From Alphaproteobacteria bacterium (lineage in GTDB: Bacteria > Pseudomonadota > Alphaproteobacteria > GCA-2731375), in contig JANQKO010000098.1 in NCBI GenBank assembly GCA_028281075.1, positions 1-35,275 of the forward strand: 35,275 nt of DNA. The letters run 5' to 3'. Below the pieces are notes generated by a model. It did not search any database, had not been told where the DNA came from, and saw nothing but the letters and a program-made list of their open reading frames with translations. Each line of letters begins with the position of its first letter. The first letter of the stretch is position 1. The translations under genes were made by a program, and so were the position numbers. Below are positions 9,100 through 16,655 of the stretch, in pieces.

Positions 9100-9139
9100 C
9101 CTGTGTAATTCCTGTGTAACTGTGCAGTGAATGTGTAAG
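9100..9139 (+). promoter_or_regulatory. Candidate integrase arm-type sites (right arm)
   Basis: TGTGTAAT at 9102, TGTGTAAC at 9113 (11-bp period) and TGTGTAAG at 9132, about 100 bp inside attR. Confidence 0.6.
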
Positions 9140-9237
9140 GGAAATTGAGGGGCTTCGGGTAACAGGATTTTCCCGCTAACCGGCTGTCCTGCAACGGAAA
9201 ATGCAGCTTATTGCCAGCGGTTGATATTTTGCCGGAA

Positions 9238-9289
9238 AGGACTGCAAATCCTTTTACACCGGTTCGATTCCGGTCCGCGCCTCCAACCT
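9238..9289 (+). repeat. attR core: duplicated tRNA-Cys 3' fragment
   Basis: 52-bp identity with 3653-3704; lacks the 5' acceptor strand and D arm, so it is not a functional tRNA. Confidence 0.95.
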
Positions 9290-9306
9290 TCCACAGATCG
9301 CGATTG

Positions 9307-9582
9307 TCAGGTCGCGCCGTCGCGTCGGCGCCGCCCCCACCAGACCTCGAGCCGTCGGCGCCAGCGGCGGACGATCGGCAGGTCATAGGACAGAACCATC
9401 AGGCCGAGCGGGATCATCCAGAAGCCGAGGATCGGCAGAAATCCGAGAATCCCGCCGAGCAGCAGCAATATGCCGACGATCACGCGGAGGATCCGCGGCA
9501 TTTGCGCCAGGCGTGTCCTGGCCCGTGAAAAATACGCGTTCCGGTTCAACGATCCCGCGGCCCCGATGGCCGTTCCACCCAC
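9307..9582 (-). CDS. Small membrane protein
   Basis: LRVIVGILLLLGGILGFLPILGFWMIPLGLMVLS hairpin followed by an Arg/Trp-rich tail, a pattern I recognise from conserved small alphaproteobacterial proteins. Start uncertain. Confidence 0.7.
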   Translation of the reverse strand: MGGTAIGAAGSLNRNAYFSRARTRLAQMPRILRVIVGILLLLGGILGFLPILGFWMIPLGLMVLSYDLPIVRRWRRRLEVWWGRRRRDGAT

Positions 9583-9733
9583 CGGCGAAACGGCCGCAGA
9601 GCCTCGAACGAAGGCCCCGGGCTGTCAATGCTCGCCGTCGGATTTTCCGTGATCGATTTGTGCCCTGATTTATAAAGAAATTGTATTATATCGTTATGAC
9701 TGCTGGGAATTATTCATCTCGATGACGGCGTTG

Positions 9734-11077
9734 TCAGGCCAGATCGGGCGGCGTGTAGTAATCGCTGGCGACCAGCAGGTCGGCGATGCGGCAACTGCCC
9801 ATGATCCCGTAGGCCGGTTGCCAGCGGGGTTCCTGGTTGAGGTAGGAGGCCGGGTCGCGCCGGATCAGATCCACGATCGCATCGCCGACGATCGCCGCGC
9901 CGACCGGCCCCAGGCGCGCGCCATCGCGCGTCATCCCGGCTTCCTTCAGGATATAGGGCCACAGCGGCGTCCCGCCGGCCGCCGGCCCCGGGAGGTCGGC
10001 GAAGCCCAGGTCCCGGTTCGTCAGCGGTGTCGCGCCGATGGCCGCCGCCACCGCCTGGCCGCTGGGGAGCCGGCAGGCATCGCCCGTCAGGAGCGTCTCG
10101 ACTGCGGGACCGGCGTCGCCCAGCAGGCGGGCGCACAGATGGCCGCCCAGCCGGCGGCTCGGTTGCGGGCGGCCCGCCCGTGGCATCTCGAAAAAGTACC
10201 GCCAGTCGGCCCGGGCGTCGGGCGCGATCGCGCCGGCGCCCTCGTGCCGACGGTCGAACGGCCTATGGGACGCGGTCGCGTTCAGCTTCAGATCGTCGCC
10301 GAACTGACTCAGGTGGAAGCGGCCCGCGGCCACGGCGAATTCCGCCGGCGGTCCCGGGTCGTCGTCCCGTCGCGGGAAGGCCGGCCCCTGCCGGCACAGG
10401 CGGTCGGCGTGGTCGTGGCCGATCAGCAGCGGCAGGAATTCATGCAGCAGCAGCCACTGATAGTGCCACCGCACCTGACGCGCCGCGCGGGTGAAGAGCC
10501 GGTCGGGCGGGACCCCGCTGGCCGCCAGGTCGTCGACGACGACATTGTGGAACTTCACGAAGGCGAGATGCAGTTGCGCCAGGAGGCGGTCCGCGCCGTT
10601 GCGCGGGTCGGGGATCAACGCCGCGCCCTTGCGGTTGCGGGCCAGATCGGCGGCCGGGTTCCGCGCGGTGCCCATCAGCAGGCGCGGTCCGTCGTAGAAG
10701 CACGGCGCCGCGGCGGGACCGTCGCCATAGACGCAGTCGAGCGCCAGCCGGGGTGCCGTGCCGCGGCGGCCGTGCTCGACCGCCACCGCGGCGTAGCTGG
10801 CATCGTGCTCGACCAGGCGCGCCAGGACCGCGAAGCCGATCGGTATCGCCTCGTTGTCCCGGGCGGGTCCGACGGACGCGCGGGGCATGGCCAGCGGCCC
10901 ATCGGCGGCGCCCAGCGATCGCAGCGCGGCCGGCCCGAGCGTGCATGGCGGCAGGTCGCGAAACATTCGGCCAAGGCGCAGGCTGCCCGGTGACATCTGT
11001 CCGGCCGGCCACGGTGTTGGCCGCCGCGGCCTGATCTCCCCCAAAGCTCCCGATGGATGCGTCAGATCCGTATCCAC
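9734..11077 (-). CDS. Heme peroxidase (peroxidase-cyclooxygenase superfamily) homolog with degenerate motifs
   Basis: LGRMF, LDCVYGDGP, DPRN, QLHLAFVKFHN, VRWHYQWLLLHEFLP, LPSGQ, TPLWPYILKEA and LGPVG match bacterial 'animal heme peroxidase' proteins. Start uncertain. Confidence 0.82.
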   Translation of the reverse strand: MDTDLTHPSGALGEIRPRRPTPWPAGQMSPGSLRLGRMFRDLPPCTLGPAALRSLGAADGPLAMPRASVGPARDNEAIPIGFAVLARLVEHDASYAAVAVEHGRRGTAPRLALDCVYGDGPAAAPCFYDGPRLLMGTARNPAADLARNRKGAALIPDPRNGADRLLAQLHLAFVKFHNVVVDDLAASGVPPDRLFTRAARQVRWHYQWLLLHEFLPLLIGHDHADRLCRQGPAFPRRDDDPGPPAEFAVAAGRFHLSQFGDDLKLNATASHRPFDRRHEGAGAIAPDARADWRYFFEMPRAGRPQPSRRLGGHLCARLLGDAGPAVETLLTGDACRLPSGQAVAAAIGATPLTNRDLGFADLPGPAAGGTPLWPYILKEAGMTRDGARLGPVGAAIVGDAIVDLIRRDPASYLNQEPRWQPAYGIMGSCRIADLLVASDYYTPPDLA

Positions 11078-11085
11078 GCTCGAGT

Positions 11086-11328
11086 CTATGTCGTGTCACC
11101 GCCGGTCGCGGTGGCATTTGCGGGACAATTTGTGCGTGGGATCGGGCATTCGGCCGTCGTCCGACGCCAGAGAAGGTGTTCCGTTCCCGACGGGAACGAT
11201 GACCGTGCCGCCATGTCCGGCCCGCCTTGCCGCGCCATCGCGGCGCGCAGCCGTTGGCGCTGGCGTTTTCGCTCCGCCGCGGCCTGGGCGAACGTTCGGA
11301 GGGGGCGCTCGAGATAGGCGCTGGTCAT
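11086..11328 (-). CDS. Possible small protein upstream of the peroxidase homolog
   Basis: ATG preceded by GAGGG; helix-like N-terminus MTSAYLERPLRTFAQAAAERKRQRQRL; stops 8 nt before the peroxidase ORF. Confidence 0.4.
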   Translation of the reverse strand: MTSAYLERPLRTFAQAAAERKRQRQRLRAAMARQGGPDMAARSSFPSGTEHLLWRRTTAECPIPRTNCPANATATGGDTT

Positions 11329-11641
11329 GCTGTCGGCCCTCTGGCTGCTGTTCGTTGCCTAGATTCGCCGTTCGCGTGAAAACCGGAATTGCCGAAAGAT
11401 GCATAGCCCCCCTACAGAAAACAGCGAACCGGCCGATACAACGTATGCGGGCCGACGGCACTCGCGACGTCTCTCGATGAAGTGAGTTGATGTTACCGGC
11501 CGCCGTGAAGACCTCTTAGGCGGGTAATCAAGCGGGAAGCCGTTCCTATCCGCCATGCGGCGGCCATCGGACACAGGCGCGCCAGTTCTTCCCGTGCCGA
11601 TGGCATAAGGAGCGGCCGGAAACGTTCGGATAACGGGGCCG

Positions 11642-12553
11642 ATGAACGACTGGGATGACTACCGTTTCTTTCTCGCCGTTTCGGAGACGGGATCGCTCTC
11701 GGCGGCGGCCCGCAAGCTGGGTGTCACGCAACCCACCGTCGGCCGGCGCATCAACGACCTGGAAAAACGGCTCGGCGCCCGCCTCTTCGACCGCATGAAC
11801 CAGGGCTACGCGCTGACGGCCGCCGGGCGGCGGATCGGCGACCTGGTGGCGCGGATCGAAAGCACGGCCTTCGCCATCGAGCAGCGGGTGAGCGGCGTGG
11901 ACGACCGGCTCGACGGCCGGGTCAGCATCACGACGACCGAGGGCATCGGGATCTACTGGCTGATGCCGCGGCTGCCGAAGCTGCGCCAGCACTGTCCCGA
12001 CATCGATATCGAGCTCGTCGTCGGCGTCGGTGCGCTGGACCTGCTGCGGCGCGAGGCCGATATCGCGCTGCGGGTCGGCAACCCGGGCTGCGCGGAGCTG
12101 GTCGGCCGGCGTGTCGGCGACGTTCATTGCGGCCTCTACGCGTCGGAGGCCTACCTGGCGCGCCATGGCGAGCCGGTGGCGCTCGACGACCTGTCGCGCC
12201 ACACGATCATCGAGTCGGTCCGCGACATCGCCAACCTGGCGCAGGCCCGGCGCCTGCGCGAGGTCGCCAAGGGCGCCGGGGTCGGCGTTCGCTGCAACAA
12301 CCTGACGGCGCAGATCGCGGCGGCGCGGGCCGGCCTCGGCATCCTGGCCCTGCCCGACTACATGGTCGGCGGCGCGTCGGGGCTCCGCCGTATCCTGGCC
12401 GGTTCGTTCGACAGTACCCTCGATCTCTGGCTGCTGACCCACCGCGACCTGCGCCGGACGGCCCGCATCCGTGCCGTGCTGGATTTCCTGGCCGCGGAAA
12501 TTCGCGACGACGCCGGGCGGGGGACGGGCAAGGTCGCGGTGCTCGCGGCCTGA
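11642..12553 (+). CDS. LysR-family transcriptional regulator
   Basis: MNDWDDYRFFLAVSETGSLSAAARKLGVTQPTVGRRINDLE (HTH), LLRREADIALR, and LWLLTHRDLRRTARIRAVLDFL. Confidence 0.95.
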   Translation: MNDWDDYRFFLAVSETGSLSAAARKLGVTQPTVGRRINDLEKRLGARLFDRMNQGYALTAAGRRIGDLVARIESTAFAIEQRVSGVDDRLDGRVSITTTEGIGIYWLMPRLPKLRQHCPDIDIELVVGVGALDLLRREADIALRVGNPGCAELVGRRVGDVHCGLYASEAYLARHGEPVALDDLSRHTIIESVRDIANLAQARRLREVAKGAGVGVRCNNLTAQIAAARAGLGILALPDYMVGGASGLRRILAGSFDSTLDLWLLTHRDLRRTARIRAVLDFLAAEIRDDAGRGTGKVAVLAA

Positions 12554-12688
12554 CCGCCGGGCCGGGACGTCCGGCCGGCACGGCACCGGCCTGCCACCGC
12601 AAACGGAGCCGTGGACGTCGCCGCCATTGACGCGGGGCGCCGGGATAGGCTTGAAAACGGTCGGCACCGATCGGACAACGTTTGGGTG

Positions 12689-14212
12689 ATGATGATGGTA
12701 CCGACCTTCCCGCCGGCGCCGGCATTCGCGATGTTGGGCGTCGTGGCCTGGATCTCGTTCGCCGCCCCGTCGGCCGCCGGGGAAACCACGCAGGTCTATC
12801 CCGGCGACGCGTGGCAGAAGCTGGCCGAGCCCGAGGCGGCCGGCTGGTCCGCCGACGGGCTTGCCGACGCCCGCCGGCTGTCGCGCCAGATCGGCTCGGC
12901 CGCCGTGATGATCGTGCAGGGCGGCCGTGTCGTCGCCGAATGGGGCGAGACATCGGCGGCGTTCAACGTCTATTCGATCCGCAAGAGCCTGCTGAGCGCG
13001 TTGATCGGCATCGAGGTCGGCTCGGGCCGGATCGGCCTCGATCAGACGCTCGGTGAGCTGGGGATCGAGGCGCTGGACCCGCCGTTGTCGACGGCCGAGC
13101 GCCGGGCGACGGTCGAAGACCTGCTGACGGCCCGGTCGGGCGTCTACCGCCGCGCGGCCTACGAGACCGACGACATGGCCAGGCGCCGGCCAGCGCGCGG
13201 CTGCCACGCGCCGGGCACCTACTGGTACTACAACAACTGGGATTTCAACGCGCTGGGCACGATCTTCGACCGGCGCGCGGGGCGCGGGATCGCCGAGGCG
13301 TTCGCGGAACGGATCGCGCGGCCGCTCGGCATGCAGGACTTCGACGTCGATGACGTCGCCTATGTCGGCACCCGTGGCTCGCTGTACCCGGCCTATCTGT
13401 TCGGGATGTCGGCGCGCGACCTTGCCCGCTTCGGCCTGATGTACCTGCGTCAGGGCCGTTGGCGGGACGCTGTCGTGGTGCCGGCCGACTGGGTGCGGGA
13501 CAGCACGGCCACGCGGACGCGGGCCGGCTCGGGCCGCGGATACGGCTATATGTGGTGGACGGAGCGCCGGCGCGGCATGTTCCCCTACGTCAACATGCCG
13601 AAAGGCAGCTTCGCCGCGTCGGGCAACCGCGGCCAGAAGATTCTGGTCATGCCGGCCTACGACCTGGTGATCGTGCATCTGGTCGACAGCCGCGGACGCG
13701 AGCAGGCCACGTCGGCGCAGCTCGGCCGGCTGGTCCGGGCGATCCTTCGCGCCGGCGGGTTTCCCCACGCCGACGAGTCCCTCCGACGGCAGCAGGGACG
13801 GCAGGCACCCGGGCCGGACGACGCCGCGGACACGACGCGCTATTTCCCCGGGCTCGCGCGGCCGGCGGACCTGACGGTCCGGCCACCGGCCGACGACGTG
13901 CCGGCGGCGCTTGCCGCCTTCTCGGGCGAATGGGTCGGTGTCTGGAGCGGCGGCCGCAAGCACATGCTGGCGGTCGAGCGCGTCCGCCGGGACCATGGCA
14001 TCGCCGTCTATTCCCAGGCCGCGCGCCGGGCGACCTGCATCGACAGCGGCGACTGGTTCCGCGTGCGCGTCGGCTTCGTCGACGGCGTGCTGACCTTTCC
14101 GGACAACTGGCCGGCGGCGGTCACCTACCGGGCCAACGCCGACGGGACCCTGACGGCGCGTATCGACAACGGCCGGCGGGTCCGCCTGGCGACGATGCGC
14201 CGCGCCGATTAG
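12689..14212 (+). CDS. Serine hydrolase (beta-lactamase / NylB-like family) with signal peptide and extra C-terminal domain
   Basis: SxxK (YSIRKS), LLTARSG, YxN (WYYNNWDFNALG), MSARDLARFG and GNRGQ. Start uncertain (ORF open from 12611; ATG run near 12689). Confidence 0.88.
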   Translation: MMMVPTFPPAPAFAMLGVVAWISFAAPSAAGETTQVYPGDAWQKLAEPEAAGWSADGLADARRLSRQIGSAAVMIVQGGRVVAEWGETSAAFNVYSIRKSLLSALIGIEVGSGRIGLDQTLGELGIEALDPPLSTAERRATVEDLLTARSGVYRRAAYETDDMARRRPARGCHAPGTYWYYNNWDFNALGTIFDRRAGRGIAEAFAERIARPLGMQDFDVDDVAYVGTRGSLYPAYLFGMSARDLARFGLMYLRQGRWRDAVVVPADWVRDSTATRTRAGSGRGYGYMWWTERRRGMFPYVNMPKGSFAASGNRGQKILVMPAYDLVIVHLVDSRGREQATSAQLGRLVRAILRAGGFPHADESLRRQQGRQAPGPDDAADTTRYFPGLARPADLTVRPPADDVPAALAAFSGEWVGVWSGGRKHMLAVERVRRDHGIAVYSQAARRATCIDSGDWFRVRVGFVDGVLTFPDNWPAAVTYRANADGTLTARIDNGRRVRLATMRRAD

Positions 14213-14304
14213 CACCGGCTGGGTTGATACGGTCTTACCCTATCCCGGGTGCTGGCGGCATGGCGGCGGCTTTGGTTCCGATGTCATGGGCGACCGATGG
14301 CCGA

Positions 14305-14572
14305 CCCTTCGAGACGCGCCCTGTCGGGCGCTCCTCAGGGTGAGGTGGGAAGCCGATATCGATCTCGGACGTCATGCTGAGAGTGTGTGAAGAAATCGCA
14401 CCGATGCCCCCCAAGTTGTCATCCTGGCGAAGGCCAGGATCCATGTTGGTTGTTTTTGAACAGGTTGCGATGCCGCTGGATGCTGGCCTTCGCCAGCATG
14501 ACGGCTTTCTTTGGGTCGGAAGTCATTTCTTCACAGGCTCTGAGGATCGCCACCGGCGCGTCTCGAAAGATG
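14305..14572. repeat. Inverted pair of REP-like palindromes (TCAYSCTGAGGA...CGTCTCGAA family), the second copy interrupted by a MITE
   Basis: 14305-14345 CCCTTCGAGACGCGCCCTGTCGGGCGCTCCTCAGGGTGAGG is the inverted partner of GTCATGC-TGA[insert]TGAGGATCGCCACCGGCGCGTCTCGAAAGATG (14371-14572). Lies between convergent genes. Confidence 0.8.
14381..14540. mobile_element. 160-bp MITE-like element, copy 1
   Basis: Terminal inverted repeats GAGTGTGTGAAGAAAT / GAGCCTGTGAAGAAAT (14/16), flanked by TGA on both sides (14378-80, 14541-43). Internal hairpins at 14418-14443 and 14477-14502. Homologous copy at 35103. Confidence 0.82.
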
Positions 14573-14582
14573 CGATGCGGTC

Positions 14583-15389
14583 TCACGCATCCCCGGAGAT
14601 CCGGGCCAGCGCCGCCTCGCTTTCCGGATTCGCCGGATAGAAACTCTCGATCCGCAGCTCCTGCAGCGTCACGTCCTGCGGCGTGCCGAAGGTGGTCATC
14701 ATGGTGAACAGGTCGACACGCAGGCCGTCGCGCTCGAACGACACCGGCAGCAGCGGCGCCGGCGGCCGGTCGAGATTCGGCAGCGCCCATTCCGCCGGCA
14801 CGCCGGGATAGCTCAGCACCTCGTCCAGCAGCGCCAGCGTGCCCTCGTCCGGCGCGCCGCCCAGCGCGTCGCGGTGCACGCGGTCGATGACGAAGGCGGC
14901 GGCCGGTTCCCAGTCGACGATGAAGGGCCGGAGGCCATTCGGATCGAAGGTCAGGCGCACGGCGTTCGGCGGCTGGGTGATCGCGGCGGGATCGGCCATG
15001 AAATGGCCGAGAACGCGCATCGACGGCGGGTTGCTCATGACGATGTTCCAATAGCGGTCGAGCACCAGGGCCGGATAGGGCTCGTGCGCCTTCATGATGA
15101 AATCGAGCGCCTGGCGCGCCTGGGCCAGCGCCGGATCGTCGAGGTCGGTCTGCCGGTAGACCTGGGCGAAGCCGGCCGCCTCCAGCAGCACGTTGCTCTC
15201 GCGCAGCGGCAGCTCCAGCGCGCCGGCCAGTTGCAGCACCATCTCGCGACTCGGGCGCGAGCGTCCGGTCTCGATGAAGCTGACATGGCGGGCCGAGACG
15301 CTGGCGCTCAGCGCCAGGTCGAGCTGGCTCATATGCCGGACGGTCCGCCAGTGCTTCAGCAGCCGTCCGAGGGGGTGGATGTGCTTCAT
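14583..15389 (-). CDS. XRE-family HTH regulator with MmyB-like ligand-binding domain
   Basis: LKHWRTVRHMSQLDLALSASVSARHVSFIETGRSRPSREM, HEPYPALVLDRYWN, and TTFGTPQDVTLQELRIESFYPA. ATG at 15389 with AAGGAG upstream. Confidence 0.92.
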   Translation of the reverse strand: MKHIHPLGRLLKHWRTVRHMSQLDLALSASVSARHVSFIETGRSRPSREMVLQLAGALELPLRESNVLLEAAGFAQVYRQTDLDDPALAQARQALDFIMKAHEPYPALVLDRYWNIVMSNPPSMRVLGHFMADPAAITQPPNAVRLTFDPNGLRPFIVDWEPAAAFVIDRVHRDALGGAPDEGTLALLDEVLSYPGVPAEWALPNLDRPPAPLLPVSFERDGLRVDLFTMMTTFGTPQDVTLQELRIESFYPANPESEAALARISGDA

Positions 15390-15446
15390 GTCCGACAACT
15401 CCTTGCCCTGGCTCGGCCAGATTAGGCCGGTCGGCAACGCGGCGAC

Positions 15447-15463
15447 ATTACCTCCGACGTAAT
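15447..15463. promoter_or_regulatory. Palindromic operator candidate ATTAC-N7-GTAAT between the XRE regulator and its divergent gene
   Basis: ATTACCTCCGACGTAAT in the divergent intergenic region. Confidence 0.65.
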
Positions 15464-15520
15464 TGAGACGCGCATCTCGGCGGCGCGATGGTGCCGGCAT
15501 CGCTGGACCGATTGGAGGAC

Positions 15521-15979
15521 ATGGAAATGTTCAAAATATGGCACCGCATGATGATGCTGATGGCCGACGTGGTGATCCTCTACGGGCTCGCCATGCTGTT
15601 CTTCGGCACCTCGGGCCTGTTCGCGCCGATCAACGACCCGATCAATGCCACCTTCTTCGGCACGGCACAGCCGCCGGCCGAGATGCTGGCCTATCAGGAC
15701 TTCATCTACGGCCTGATCGGGGCCATGACGGTGGGCTGGGGCCTGCTGCTGTTCTTCGTCGCCTGGAAGCCGTTCGGCAACCGCGAAGCCTGGGCCTGGT
15801 GGGCGATCGTCATCAGCGTCGACGTCTGGTTCGTGATCGACACCTGGGTGGCGCTGTCGTTCGACGCGCCGGTGCTGGTGATCGCCAACCTGCCGCTGGT
15901 CGCGCTGATCGCCGTGCCCCTGATCGGCAGCATCCGCCACGTGTTCGGCGGATCGGCCGCCCGGGCCGCGACGGCCTGA
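15521..15979 (+). CDS. Hypothetical 4-TM membrane protein, likely target of the XRE regulator
   Basis: GGAGG before ATG at 15521/15527; four hydrophobic helices; host-like codon usage. Confidence 0.8.
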   Translation: MEMFKIWHRMMMLMADVVILYGLAMLFFGTSGLFAPINDPINATFFGTAQPPAEMLAYQDFIYGLIGAMTVGWGLLLFFVAWKPFGNREAWAWWAIVISVDVWFVIDTWVALSFDAPVLVIANLPLVALIAVPLIGSIRHVFGGSAARAATA

Positions 15980-15988
15980 CCCGAGCGC

Positions 15989-16609
15989 TCACAAGCCGCC
16001 GGCGGCGCGGGCGAGCCGTTCGATACGCGCCCAGTCGCCGGCGGCGACCGCGTCCGGCGGCGCCACCCAGGAGCCGCCGACGCAGACCACGTTGGCCAGC
16101 GCCAGGTAATCGGCCGCGTTATCGGCATTGACGCCACCGGTCGGACAGAAGCACAGATCGGCGAAGGGGCCGCCCAGCGCCTTGAGCGCCGCGATGCCGC
16201 CGGCGGGACCGGCCGGGAAGAACTTCAGACAGGAAAAGCCGGCCACCCGCGCCGCCATGCATTCGGACGCCGTGGCCACGGCCGGCAGGTAGGGCATGTC
16301 GCCGGCCGCGGCGGCGAGCTCGGGCAGGAAGCCGGGGCTGACGGCGAAGCGCGCGCCGGCCGCGGCGGCAGCGGCGAACTCGTCCGTCCGCGTCAGCGTG
16401 CCGACCCCCGGCACCGCGCCCGGCACCGTGGCCACGGCCCGGACCGCGTCCAGCGCCGCGGCGGTGCGGAAGGTGATCTCCAGCGCCGGCAGGCCGCCGG
16501 CGACGAGCGCCTCGGCCAGCGGCACCGCGTCTTCGACCCGCTCGATGGTGAGCACCGGCACGACCCGGCCGAGCGTCAGGATCTCGGCGATCTGCATGCG
16601 TCCGGCCAT
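15989..16609 (-). CDS. eda: KDPG/KHG aldolase
   Basis: VVPVLTI, LEITFRT, FAVSPG, Schiff-base LKFFPA, FCPTGGV, and VGGSWV. Confidence 0.95.
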   Translation of the reverse strand: MAGRMQIAEILTLGRVVPVLTIERVEDAVPLAEALVAGGLPALEITFRTAAALDAVRAVATVPGAVPGVGTLTRTDEFAAAAAAGARFAVSPGFLPELAAAAGDMPYLPAVATASECMAARVAGFSCLKFFPAGPAGGIAALKALGGPFADLCFCPTGGVNADNAADYLALANVVCVGGSWVAPPDAVAAGDWARIERLARAAGGL

Positions 16610-16620
16610 GGCATTTCCCG

Positions 16621-16649
16621 TTACCTCCGCGGTCCGCCGCCACTATAGT
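16621..16649 (+). promoter_or_regulatory. Putative sigma70 promoter giving a leaderless kdgK transcript
   Basis: TTACCT (16621-26) - 17 nt - TATAGT (16644-49) - 6 nt - ATG (16656); no Shine-Dalgarno sequence. Confidence 0.5.
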
Positions 16650-16655
16650 CGCGCC

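Larger units (their letters stand above)
3653..9289. mobile_element. Decayed tRNA-Cys-integrated genomic island (~5.6 kb)
   Basis: Flanked by 52-bp direct repeats of the tRNA 3' end, with an integrase remnant next to the tRNA, visibly lower GC in 7330-9000 and several IS-derived pieces. Confidence 0.92.

Noticed and set aside
9238..9285. Second tRNA-Cys gene
   Set aside because: Only the 3' two-thirds is present, with no D arm or 5' acceptor strand; it is attR.
11330..11640. Riboswitch or sigma54 promoter in the long intergenic region
   Set aside because: I found no convincing cobalamin/TPP/FMN core motifs or TGGCAC-N5-TTGC by eye; an Rfam/Infernal scan would be decisive.
14305..14572. CRISPR array
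   Set aside because: The repeats are inverted and nested rather than direct repeats with unique spacers; no cas genes in the window.
14235..14707. Short ORFs across the repeat cluster (14235-14444, 14374-14640, 14387-14707), and 34920-35186
   Set aside because: They run through REP/MITE palindromes or antisense to real genes, without RBS or host codon pattern.
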